A DNA stretch of 64,000 nt from Mycetocola sp. (lineage in GTDB: Bacteria > Actinomycetota > Actinomycetes > Actinomycetales > Microbacteriaceae), in assembly GCF_025464835.1 (NCBI RefSeq), contig NZ_JAODMP010000096.1:8755-72754 (forward strand), read 5' to 3'. Both the position numbers and the translations under genes were made by a program. The notes below the pieces were generated by a model, which did not search any database, had not been told where the DNA came from, and saw only the letters and a program-made list of their open reading frames with translations. Shown here piece after piece: positions 42,364-50,916 of this stretch (within the stretch, counting starts at the first letter, position 1; each line of letters opens with the position of its first letter).

Positions 42364-45039
42364 CGCATGCGCAGCAAGCCCGGCGCTGTCCGTCTCGCCG
42401 CAGTGATACTCGCCGTCGGGCTCCTGTTCACCGGCTGCACCGGCGGGAACGGCCCGCTTCCTCACGCCGGCAGTGAGGACTCGAGCGGCCATCCGCCGGG
42501 ACACATCATGCCCATGCCACCCGCTGACACGGGGACCGCCACCCGGGCCGTTTTCGCTCCTGCCGCCATCTCGGCCACACCCCTGCCACGCACCGGATGG
42601 ACAGTGACCGGGAGCGACCAGGAGACCACCAGCGAGAACGGCGCAGCCGCGAATGTGCTCGACGGCAGCTCCACGACGTACTGGCACAGCAAGTGGAGCG
42701 GGACGGCGGTACCGCTGCCCCATTCGATCGCCATCGACATGCACAAGACCGACACGGTCGCGGCCGTGAAGTACCTGCCGCGCACCAACAGCTCCAATGG
42801 ACGGATCGGCCGCTTCGAAATCCACGTCAGTCCGGATGGATCGACCTGGGGAGCCGCCGTCGCGACGGGGACCTGGGCCGACAACTCGCTTGAGAAGACG
42901 GTGCAATTCACCCCGGTGCCGACACGTTTCGTCCGGTTGACCGCGATCACAGAGGCGGGAAACCGGGGCCCATGGACCAGTGCGGCAGAGCTCAACCTGT
43001 TCGCGGAAGCGGCGGCAACACCGACACCGACACCGGCCCCGACGCCCACGCCCACACCCACACCCACACCCACACCCACACCGACTCCAACACCGACTCC
43101 AACACCGACGCCCACCCCGACTCCCACACCGACGCCCACCCCGACACCGACGCCAGGCCCCGCGGTGCTTTCCCGGACCGGGTGGGTTGCAACGGCGAGC
43201 GACGAGGAGACCACCGGTGAGAACGGCCGCGCTTCACAGGTGCTCGACGGCAGCTTGTCCACTCTCTGGCATTCGCAGTACTCGCCCACGCTTATTCGGC
43301 TTCCGCACAGCATCGTGCTGGATATGCGGGTGACCAACGAGGTCTCCGGCTTCACCTACACTCCACGGTCTGGAACGACGCGGAACGGCACGATCGGCCG
43401 ATATAACCTTGCGGTGAGTTCCAACGGCTCGACCTGGGGTACACCAGTCGCAAGCGGCACCTGGGCCGACAACAACCAGGCGAAGACCGTGACGTTCCCG
43501 CCGGTTCAGGCTCGGTACATCCGCCTCACCGCGGAGACCGAGGCGGGCAATCGCGGACAGTGGACCTCGGCGGCAGAGCTGAACGTGATCGGGCGCACCC
43601 TCTCGAGCCCGCCAGCGCCCACCCCCACGGAATCCAAAGGCAGCTGGGGTGCAATGATCGGCTTCCCGCTGGTGCCGGCCGCGGCGGCCCTCCTGCCCGG
43701 TAACAAACTCCTCACCTGGTCGTCATACTCCAACACGACCTTCGGCGGGTCCAACGGCAAGACGCAGACCGCCATCCTCGACCTGAACACCGGCGTCGTC
43801 ACACCACTGACCGTCGCGAACACGACGCACGACATGTTCTGCCCCGGCGTCTCGATCCTCGCGGACGGCAAAATCCTCATCAGCGGAGGCAGTAACAGCA
43901 CCGCTTCGACCATTTACGACCCGGTCGGCAACACCTGGTCGGCAGCGGCACCGATGAGTATTCCGCGCGGTTACCAGTCGAACGTCACCCTTTCCACCGG
44001 CGATGTGTTCACCCTCGGCGGGTCCTGGTCCGGCGGGCAGGGCGGAAAAAACGGGGAAATCTGGTCGGCGAGCAGCGGCTGGCGCACTCTGACCAACGCG
44101 CCGGTCGCGCCGATCCTGACGAACGACCCGCAAGGAGTGTTCCGCTCCGACAATCACGCGTGGCTGTTCGCGAGGTCAGGCGGCACTGTGTTCCACGCAG
44201 GGCCCAGCCGACGGATGAACACGTACACCACGAGCGGCACGGGCAGTGTCCAGGACATGGGTCTCCGGGCGGACAGTGCCGACGCCATGAACGGCAATGC
44301 GGTGATGTACGACATCGGCAAGATCCTCACTCTCGGAGGGTCGCCCGCGTATCAGAACAGCGACGCGACGGCTCGGGCCTACGCGATCGACATCACCAAT
44401 GGCGTCAAGGTGACGCGCACCGGCGACATGGCGGCGCGGCGGGCATTCTCCAACGCTGTCGTGCTGCCCGATGGACAGGTGCTCGCAGTTGGTGGTCAGG
44501 CATACCCGGTGCCGTACTCGGACGACACCTCAGCCATGGCGCCGGAGCTCTGGAATCCGGCCACCGGCAAGTTCACCGCGCTCGCGCCGATGGGAGTGCC
44601 TCGCAACTATCACAGCGTCGCGCTTCTGCTCCCGGATGCACGAGTGTTCGTCGGGGGCGGCGGGCTCTGCGGGAGTTGCGCGACCAACCATCTGGACGGG
44701 CAGATTTTCACTCCCCCCTACTTGCTCAACGGAGACGGTACCGCCCGTCCGAGACCCTCGATCACCACGGCACCGACCACGGCGGCACTGGGCTCCACCA
44801 TTCAGGTCACCACGTCCGGGCCGGCCCCCACCTTTTCTCTCATCCGGATGAGCACAGTCACTCACTCTTTGAACACCGACCAGCGCCGCATCCCGCTCGT
44901 GCCGACGGCGGTGTCAGGCACTACCGCATCGCTCCGGCTTCCCTCGGATCCGGGAGTCGTGGTGCCGGGGCCCTACCTGCTGTTCGCCGTGGACGCGAAC
45001 GGCGTACCCTCCGTCGCGAAAACGATCAGGATCGGGTAG
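42364..45039 (+). CDS. lipoprotein with two F5/8 type C (discoidin) domains, a PT linker and a galactose-oxidase-like radical copper oxidase domain
   Basis: The ATG at 42364 follows a GAGGTGG RBS. The signal peptide has the lipobox LLFTGC. Two discoidin repeats are present ([35 protein letters not shown]... and [35 protein letters not shown]...). The kelch propeller carries the copper-site motifs HDMFCPG, PRGYQS, RNYHS and [11 protein letters not shown]. The C-terminal domain is DUF1929-like. Confidence 0.85.
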   Translation, partial: RMRSKPGAVRLAAVILAVGLLFTGCTGGNGPLPHAGSEDSSGHPPGHIMPMPPADTGTATRAVFAPAAISATPLPRTGWTVTGSDQETTSENGAAANVLDGSSTTYWHSKWSGTAVPLPHSIAIDMHKTDTVAAVKYLPRTNSSNGRIGRFEIHVSPDGSTWGAAVATGTWADNSLEKTVQFTPVPTRFVRLTAITEAGNRGPWTSAAELNLFAEAAATPTPTPAPTPTPTPTPTPTPTPTPTPTPTPTPTPTPTPTPTPTPTPGPAVLSRTGWVATASDEETTGENGRASQVLDGSLSTLWHSQYSPTLIRLPHSIVLDMRVTNEVSGFTYTPRSGTTRNGTIGRYNLAVSSNGSTWGTPVASGTWADNNQAKTVTFPPVQARYIRLTAETEAGNRGQWTSAAELNVIGRTLSSPPAPTPTESKGSWGAMIGFPLVPAAAALLPGNKLLTWSSYSNTTFGGSNGKTQTAILDLNTGVVTPLTVANTTHDMFCPGVSILADGKILISGGSNSTASTIYDPVGNTWSAAAPMSIPRGYQSNVTLSTGDVFTLGGSWSGGQGGKNGEIWSASSGWRTLTNAPVAPILTNDPQGVFRSDNHAWLFARSGGTVFHAGPSRRMNTYTTSGTGSVQDMGLRADSADAMNGNAVMYDIGKILTLGGSPAYQNSDATARAYAIDITNGVKVTRTGDMAARRAFSNAVVLPDGQVLAVGGQAYPVPYSDDTSAMAPELWNPATGKFTALAPMGVPRNYHSVALLLPDARVFVGGGGLCGSCATNHLDGQIFTPPYLLNGDGTARPRPSITTAPTTAALGSTIQVTTSGPAPTFSLIRMSTVTHSLNTDQRRIPLVPTAVSGTTASLRLPSDPGVVVPGPYLLFAVDANGVPSVAKTIRIG
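43018..43155 (+). repeat. coding (Thr-Pro)n microsatellite linker
   Basis: About 22 consecutive ACN-CCN dicodon units encode [12 protein letters not shown]...TPTP between the two discoidin domains. Confidence 0.95.
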
Positions 45040-45094
45040 TCGAGCGTCAATCGTGGAGGAGGAATGAGGAGGCCGTAAAAACGCGCTACAACAG

Positions 45095-45126
45095 AAAAAG
45101 CCACCGGAGCCCGGTGGCTTTTTCTT
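45095..45126. terminator. bidirectional rho-independent terminator
   Basis: The stem AGCCACCGG (45099-45107) / CCGGTGGCT (45111-45119) has a 3-nt loop. An A tract lies on the left and a T tract on the right. It sits between the oxidase gene (+) and tRNA-Leu (-). Confidence 0.85.
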
Positions 45127-45171
45127 AAGTTTCGCGGCTGAAGGTCAGCTATGAAGCCGGCCTTTACACTG

Positions 45172-45255
45172 TGCGCGAGGGGGGACTTGAACCCCCACGC
45201 CCTTTCGAGCACTGGCACCTGAAGCCAGCGCGTCTGCCAATTCCGCCACTCGCGC
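45172..45255 (-). tRNA. tRNA-Leu (anticodon CAG)
   Basis: The minus strand reads GCGCGAGTGGCGGAATTGGCAGACGCGCTGGCTTCAGGTGCCAGTGCTCGAAAGGGCGTGGGGGTTCAAGTCCCCCCTCGCGCA. It has a 7-bp acceptor stem, anticodon loop UUCAGGU, a long variable arm and a GGGGG/CCCCC T stem. CCA is not encoded. Confidence 0.93.
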
Positions 45256-45471
45256 AGTGTTGCGACACATGCGTGTCAACTCAGCGAGATTAGCATGGCG
45301 CCGGTTGAATCGCCATTCGAGGCGGCTGGTCGTCCATCCGGATACACCGGCCGGGGCTGCCTCCCGCCCGGTTCCCGAGCAAGGACGCACGCGTCTGCGT
45401 CCAAGGGTGAGCCTCGCTCTCAGCCCCGCCTACTAGCATGTGCTTAGCCATTTGACACGATCGGGAGACCT

Positions 45472-46218
45472 GTGGGCATTCTGGACAACTTCGAGAAAGG
45501 TCTCGAACGTGCCGTTAACGGTGCGTTCGCCAAGACCTTCCGTTCGGGGCTGCAGCCGGTCGAGATCACTTCGGCGCTCAAGCGGGAACTCGACACCAAA
45601 GCAGCCGTGATGAGCCGCGATCGCATCCTCGCACCGAACCAGTTCGTGGTGCGCATGTCGCTACAAGACCACGAGCGCATGACCGGTATCGGCCCTGCGC
45701 TCATCGATGAGCTGACGAGCCTCGTCCAGAAGCACGCGACACACCAGGGCTACTCGTTCGCCGGCGGAATCAGCATCCGTCTGAAATCCGACGGCAGCCT
45801 GACCGACGGGATGCTGCAAATCGACTCGGTCAACGTGAAGGGCCAGGTCACCTGGAAGCCGGTCCTCGACGTCGGTGGCAAGCGTTACCCGATCAGCAAG
45901 GACCGCACAGTCATCGGTCGCGGAAGCGATGCCGACATCACCATCGACGACTCGGGAACGAGCCGCAAACACGTTGAGATCCTCTGGGACGGGGAGCGCG
46001 CCCAGGCGCGCGATCTCGGCTCAACCAACGGGTCCACCCTCGACGGGGCGCCGTTCACGCAGGTAGCGCTGACCCCCGACTCGGTCGTTCAGATCGGCAG
46101 AACCCGTATTGTATTCCGAGTGCTGGCACAATCTTCCACCCCGAGTTCACCCGACTCCGTCGACGACTCCACCCGCGCTTACGGCGCAGAGGGAGGATTC
46201 TGGGGGCCCGCGTCGTGA
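45472..46218 (+). CDS. fhaA: FHA domain protein FhaA (DUF3662 + FHA)
   Basis: 248 aa with N-terminus GILDNFEKGLERAVNGAFAKTFRSGLQPVEITSALKRELD and C-terminal FHA domain TVIGRGSDADITIDDSGTSRKHVEI...DLGSTNGSTLDG. Confidence 0.93.
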   Translation: MGILDNFEKGLERAVNGAFAKTFRSGLQPVEITSALKRELDTKAAVMSRDRILAPNQFVVRMSLQDHERMTGIGPALIDELTSLVQKHATHQGYSFAGGISIRLKSDGSLTDGMLQIDSVNVKGQVTWKPVLDVGGKRYPISKDRTVIGRGSDADITIDDSGTSRKHVEILWDGERAQARDLGSTNGSTLDGAPFTQVALTPDSVVQIGRTRIVFRVLAQSSTPSSPDSVDDSTRAYGAEGGFWGPAS

Positions 46219-46757
46219 GTGAACTCACCCTTCTGGTGCTCCGCATCGGATTCCTCCTTCTTCTGTGGCTTTTTGTCTTCGCCATCGTCTACGCGCTCCG
46301 TTCGGACATCTTCGGTCCAGGCTCCCGCAAACCCCAGCCGGCACAGGCCGGGCAGGCCCAGCAACAGACACCACGCCCCCCGGCGGGGCCTCCGGTTCTC
46401 CCGAACAATCCCGCGCCGCCGGTGCTTCCGCCCAACAACCGCAAGCACGAGAAGGCGACCATCCACAACGTCAGCCGGCTCGTCATCACCGCGGGTCCGA
46501 AAGAAGGACTCGAGGTGTCGCTCGGTCGCGACCCGCTGACGATCGGGCGTGCGCCGGACTCGGGGCTCGTCATCCGCGACGACTACACCTCCACCCACCA
46601 CGCCAAACTGCTGTTGTGGAACGAGGACTGGATGATCCAGGACCTGGACTCCACCAACGGCACGTTCCTCGGAGGCAAACGCATCAGTTCACCGACGCAG
46701 ATCACTCTCGGTACCCCGATCAAGGTCGGCGCGACCAGTTTCGAACTGCGGCGGTAG
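46215..46757 (+). CDS. fhaB: FHA domain membrane protein FhaB/FipA
   Basis: 180 aa with an N-terminal TM segment, a Pro-rich linker and C-terminal FHA domain LTIGRAPDSGLVIRDDYTSTHHAKL...DLDSTNGTFLGG. Confidence 0.9.
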   Translation: MSELTLLVLRIGFLLLLWLFVFAIVYALRSDIFGPGSRKPQPAQAGQAQQQTPRPPAGPPVLPNNPAPPVLPPNNRKHEKATIHNVSRLVITAGPKEGLEVSLGRDPLTIGRAPDSGLVIRDDYTSTHHAKLLLWNEDWMIQDLDSTNGTFLGGKRISSPTQITLGTPIKVGATSFELRR

Positions 46758-46760
46758 ACG

Positions 46761-48011
46761 ATGACCAAAGCAGGCGACTCTGCGGCCATCTCCCATGTCG
46801 GAAAGATCCGCTCGAACAATCAGGATTCCGGTTACGCCGGCACCCATCTGTTCATCGTCGCCGATGGCATGGGCGGCCACGCGGGAGGCGACGTTGCGAG
46901 CGCCATCGCGCTCAAACGCATCATGCAGGCGGATGCCGACTTCACGAGTGCGCAGGACGCCGAAGCCGCACTGCAGACGGCGATCAGCTCCGCCAACGCG
47001 GAACTCGCCGAAGCGGTCTTCGAACATCCCGAACTCGGCGGCATGGGCACCACCGTGGATGCCATCGTCGCGGTCGGGGATGAGGTCGCCATCGCCCACA
47101 TCGGCGACTCCCGCATCTACCTGCTCCGTGACGGTGAACTGAGCCAGATCACCACCGACCACACCTTCGTGCAGCGCCTCGTCGACTCCGGGCGGATCTC
47201 CGAGGAAGAAGCGATGGTTCATCCACGCCGCTCCGTGCTCATGCGGGTGCTTGGAGACGTCGACTCGAACCCCGAAATCGACACCATGGTCATGCGCACG
47301 CACCCTGGAGACCGCTGGTTGCTCTGCTCAGACGGACTCTCCGGTGTCGTGGACAAGGACGCGATCCAGGTCACCCTCGCCCAGGACCTTCCGGCGCGAC
47401 AGGTGGGCGAACAGCTCATCCGCAAGGCTCTCGACGGCGGCGCGCCCGACAACGTCACCGTCGTCATCTACGATGTCGGTGCCGAGCGATCCGCAAGCGC
47501 CCAGACGCCCGTCACCGTTGGTTCTGCCTCACGGCCCCTCGCGTTCCAGAACGACCCGCCCCGGCGCACCGGTCTTCTGCCCTCTCTCCGGCTGCACTCC
47601 GGCCGAAGCACACCGTCGGGCCCAAGCCACTTCGAACCTGCCTCTGACGACTACCTCGACGAACTCATCGAAGAGGATGCCCGTCGCGCAAAGCGCCGCC
47701 GACTGATCTGGCTGGTCGGGTCGATCGTTTTCGTCCTCGCGATCGCCCTCACTCTGCTGTTGGGCTATGCATGGACGCAGACCCGGTACTTCGTCGGTGC
47801 CGATGACGACACGGTCGTGATCTACCAGGGAATTCAGCAGGACATCGGACCGTTCAGCCTCTCCACTGAGCACAACGACACCGGCATCCCGGTCTCCATG
47901 CTCTCCACGTACGATCGCCAGCAGGTGGAGCGAACCATCAGCGCTTCTTCCCTGGAGGAAGCCCGGGAGATCGTCTCCCGACTCCGCACCACGTCGAAGG
48001 ACGGTGGATGA
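46761..48011 (+). CDS. pstP: PP2C-family Ser/Thr phosphatase PstP
   Basis: 416 aa with GKIRSNNQDSGY...VADGMGGHAGGDVAS...LLCSDGL...GGAPDNVTVVI, followed by a TM segment and a small extracellular domain. Confidence 0.93.
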   Translation: MTKAGDSAAISHVGKIRSNNQDSGYAGTHLFIVADGMGGHAGGDVASAIALKRIMQADADFTSAQDAEAALQTAISSANAELAEAVFEHPELGGMGTTVDAIVAVGDEVAIAHIGDSRIYLLRDGELSQITTDHTFVQRLVDSGRISEEEAMVHPRRSVLMRVLGDVDSNPEIDTMVMRTHPGDRWLLCSDGLSGVVDKDAIQVTLAQDLPARQVGEQLIRKALDGGAPDNVTVVIYDVGAERSASAQTPVTVGSASRPLAFQNDPPRRTGLLPSLRLHSGRSTPSGPSHFEPASDDYLDELIEEDARRAKRRRLIWLVGSIVFVLAIALTLLLGYAWTQTRYFVGADDDTVVIYQGIQQDIGPFSLSTEHNDTGIPVSMLSTYDRQQVERTISASSLEEAREIVSRLRTTSKDGG

Positions 48012-49465
48012 TGACAGACAACTCGAGAACCAGCGCAACCGCCGCCGTCGGTGGGCGGATCGTTGAAGTCCCCGCCGCGCAGGAGAACTTCAAGGCAGAC
48101 ACCGCTGTTCTCCGCACCATGCGCAAGCTCCGGCTGCCGCTCAAACTGCGAAACCGCGAACTGACGTTGCTTCTGTTCGCTTGCGCCATCAACTCCGTCG
48201 CCATCCTGCTCGTTCAGCTCGGTGCACTGGGCACGATCGACCTCGATCTGATCTACCTGGGCGCCGGGCTTTCGGCGCTCGTCCTCGGGCTGCACGTCTG
48301 CCTGCGCTACGTCGCCCCCCAGGCGGATCCCTTGCTCCTGCCGATCGCGACCGTGCTCAACGGCCTCGGTGTTGCGATGATCTACCGGATCGACCTGGCC
48401 ACCGGGGCGAGCGGGTGGTCAGCGGCATCCACGAGGCAGATCACGTGGAGCGCGATTGCCATCCTCGCGGCCATCGCCATCATCGTCCTGATCAAGAATC
48501 ATCGAGTTCTGTTCCGCTACACGTACCTGTTCGGCGCGTTCGCTTTCGTTCTCCTGCTGCTGCCACTGGTGCCAGGCATCGGCCGGGAGGTGAGCGGTGC
48601 CCGCGTCTGGGTCGGCATCGGCGACCTGGTCAGCTTCCAGCCCGGCGAGATCGCGAAGATCGCGCTGGCGATCTTCTTCGCCGGCTACCTGGTGCGCACC
48701 CGTGACAGTCTGTCGATGGTCGGCAGGAAGTTCCTGTGGATGCAGTTCCCACGACTTCGTGACCTCGGCCCGATCATCGTGGTCTGGGCCCTTTCGATGG
48801 CCATCATCGTGTTCCAGCACGACATGGGAACCGCGCTCCTCTTCTTCGGCTTGTTCACCGTCATGCTCTATGTCTCGACCGGGCGGCTCAGCTGGATCCT
48901 CATCGGCTTCGGGCTGTTCGGTGCAGGCGCGTACTTCGCAAGCCAGACCCTCACCTATGTGCACGGCCGGTTCCAGAACTGGCTGGACGCCTTCAGCACC
49001 CAGGTCTACGACGCACAGGGCGGCAGCTACCAGCTGGTCCAGGGAATCTTCGGCCTGGCGCACGGCGGGCTCATCGGCACGGGGCTCGGCCAGGGACGCC
49101 CGCACCTGACCCCACTGTCACAGAGCGACTACATCATGGCGAGCCTCGGCGAGGAGCTCGGCCTGGCAGGCCTGTTCGCCATCCTCGGCCTTTACCTGCT
49201 CTTCGTCTCTCGTGGCCTCCGCATCGGGTTCCGCGGCCAGGACGACTTCGGCAAGCTCCTCGCCGTCGGTCTCGCCTTCACCATTGCGCTGCAGGTGTTC
49301 ATCATGGTCGGCGGCGTCACCCGCGTCATCCCGCTCACCGGGCTCACCACGCCCTTCCTCGCGGCGGGTGGATCGTCACTCGTTGCCAACTGGATCATCG
49401 TCGCGCTCCTCCTGCGCGTGAGCGACAGCATCCGTACCGGACCGATACAGGAGGTCTCCTCGTGA
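48008..49465 (+). CDS. rodA: SEDS-family peptidoglycan glycosyltransferase RodA/FtsW
   Basis: 485 aa polytopic protein with the SEDS motifs FQPGEIAKIALAIFFAGYL, DMGTALLFF, QSDYIMASLGEELGL and GLTTPFLAAGGSS. It sits in the fhaAB-pstP-rodA-pbpA-pknAB context. Confidence 0.9.
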   Translation: MMTDNSRTSATAAVGGRIVEVPAAQENFKADTAVLRTMRKLRLPLKLRNRELTLLLFACAINSVAILLVQLGALGTIDLDLIYLGAGLSALVLGLHVCLRYVAPQADPLLLPIATVLNGLGVAMIYRIDLATGASGWSAASTRQITWSAIAILAAIAIIVLIKNHRVLFRYTYLFGAFAFVLLLLPLVPGIGREVSGARVWVGIGDLVSFQPGEIAKIALAIFFAGYLVRTRDSLSMVGRKFLWMQFPRLRDLGPIIVVWALSMAIIVFQHDMGTALLFFGLFTVMLYVSTGRLSWILIGFGLFGAGAYFASQTLTYVHGRFQNWLDAFSTQVYDAQGGSYQLVQGIFGLAHGGLIGTGLGQGRPHLTPLSQSDYIMASLGEELGLAGLFAILGLYLLFVSRGLRIGFRGQDDFGKLLAVGLAFTIALQVFIMVGGVTRVIPLTGLTTPFLAAGGSSLVANWIIVALLLRVSDSIRTGPIQEVSS

Positions 49466-50916
49466 ATCGCGAACTGAAGCGCGTCAGCGTACTCGTCCTC
49501 GTCATGTTCTTCGCCTTGTTCGGGTCGACCACCGTCATCCAGGCGGTGCAGGCGGATGCTTTGCGCCTCGACCCACGGAACACACGCGCTCTCTACGACA
49601 GCTACGACACCGAGCGCGGGCCGGTCCTCGCCGGGAGCACCGTCATCGCCCAGTCGGTACCGACAGGCGACCAGTACGTGTTCCAGCGCCAGTATCCGCT
49701 GGGTGAGATGTATGCCCCGGTCACAGGCTATTTCAGCCCTAATCAGGGGTCCGCGGGGATCGAACAGTACATGAACGACTACCTGTCGGGCACATCGAAT
49801 TCGCAGTTCCTCGACACGATCAACCGGATCGTCGCCGGTCAGGCCCCGAAGGGCGCCGCGGTCGAAGTGACCATCGACCCGGCGGTGCAGCAGGCAGCGT
49901 TCGACGCGCTCGGCGACCGGCAGGGTGCGGTCGTCGCGATCGAACCGTCCACCGGCCGGATTCTCGCCATGGTGTCCACGCCGACCTATGACCCGAACGT
50001 GCTCGCGTCCCACGACTCGAAGAGCGTCATCTCTGCTTTCTCTGCGCTCGAGGCCGACCCCCTCGACCCGCTCAGCAACCGAGCATCCAGTGGAAACATG
50101 AACCCGCCTGGGTCCTCCTTCAAGGTCGTCGTGGCGGCGGCCGCCGTCGAAAGCGGAAAGTACACCGCCGAGTCCACCTTTCCGAACCCGGTCAGCCTGC
50201 AACTGCCGAACAGCAGCGCCACTGTGTACAACTGGAACCGTCTCGCCTGCGGGCCCGGCGAGACGGTCACCCTGGCAGAAGCCATCCGGCAGAGCTGTAA
50301 CGTCCCGCTCGCGGAGCTGGGGATGCAACTCGGCGACGACGCCATCCGCGAGACCGCCGAGAAGTTCGGTTTCAATTCGAGGATGACGCTGCCGACACCC
50401 GCAGGGGTCAGCGTCTATCCCAAGAACCTTGACGATGCCCAGACCGGACTGACCGCGTTCGGCCAGTACGAGGTGCGCGCTACGCCACTGCAGATGGCCC
50501 TTGTCTCAGCCGGGATCGCCAACGGGGGCACCGTCATGGAGCCGACGCTCGTCGACCGGGTGACGGGCAGGAACCTCGAAGTTCTCAAGAGCTTCGAGCC
50601 CAAGGTGAGGAACGACGCGGTGAGCAGCGAAACGGCTGCGTCCGTCACCAGCATGATGCTCGACAGTGTCTCAACCGGTCAATCGAACGGTGCAAGAATA
50701 GAGGGGGTCGATGTGGCGGGGAAGACTGGCACAGCGCAGAACGGTGAGGACGAACCATATTCACTCTGGTTCACCGGATTTGCCCCAGCAAGCAATCCCG
50801 AGGTCGCGGTCGCGGTTGTCGTCGAGAACGACGGAAATCTGGGGCGACACAGCTCAGGGAACATCGTTGCCGCGCCAATTGCGAAGAAAGTTCTAGAGGC
50901 GGTGCTGAATAAATGA
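49462..50916 (+). CDS. pbpA: class B penicillin-binding protein (transpeptidase) PbpA
   Basis: 484 aa with the active-site motifs SSFK (PGSSFKVV), SCN (RQSCNV) and KTGT (AGKTGTA). Confidence 0.93.
   Translation: MNRELKRVSVLVLVMFFALFGSTTVIQAVQADALRLDPRNTRALYDSYDTERGPVLAGSTVIAQSVPTGDQYVFQRQYPLGEMYAPVTGYFSPNQGSAGIEQYMNDYLSGTSNSQFLDTINRIVAGQAPKGAAVEVTIDPAVQQAAFDALGDRQGAVVAIEPSTGRILAMVSTPTYDPNVLASHDSKSVISAFSALEADPLDPLSNRASSGNMNPPGSSFKVVVAAAAVESGKYTAESTFPNPVSLQLPNSSATVYNWNRLACGPGETVTLAEAIRQSCNVPLAELGMQLGDDAIRETAEKFGFNSRMTLPTPAGVSVYPKNLDDAQTGLTAFGQYEVRATPLQMALVSAGIANGGTVMEPTLVDRVTGRNLEVLKSFEPKVRNDAVSSETAASVTSMMLDSVSTGQSNGARIEGVDVAGKTGTAQNGEDEPYSLWFTGFAPASNPEVAVAVVVENDGNLGRHSSGNIVAAPIAKKVLEAVLNK

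Noticed and set aside
43018-43155. Short tandem DNA repeats considered as a possible CRISPR or other non-coding array
   Set aside because: The units are 6-nt ACN-CCN dicodons in frame inside the oxidase gene (a Thr-Pro linker). There are no spacers and no cas genes. A similar short tract lies at about 52040-52095 in the kinase gene.
45145-45390. 81-aa minus-strand ORF
   Set aside because: It is a translation of the tRNA-Leu gene and its flank, not a protein gene.
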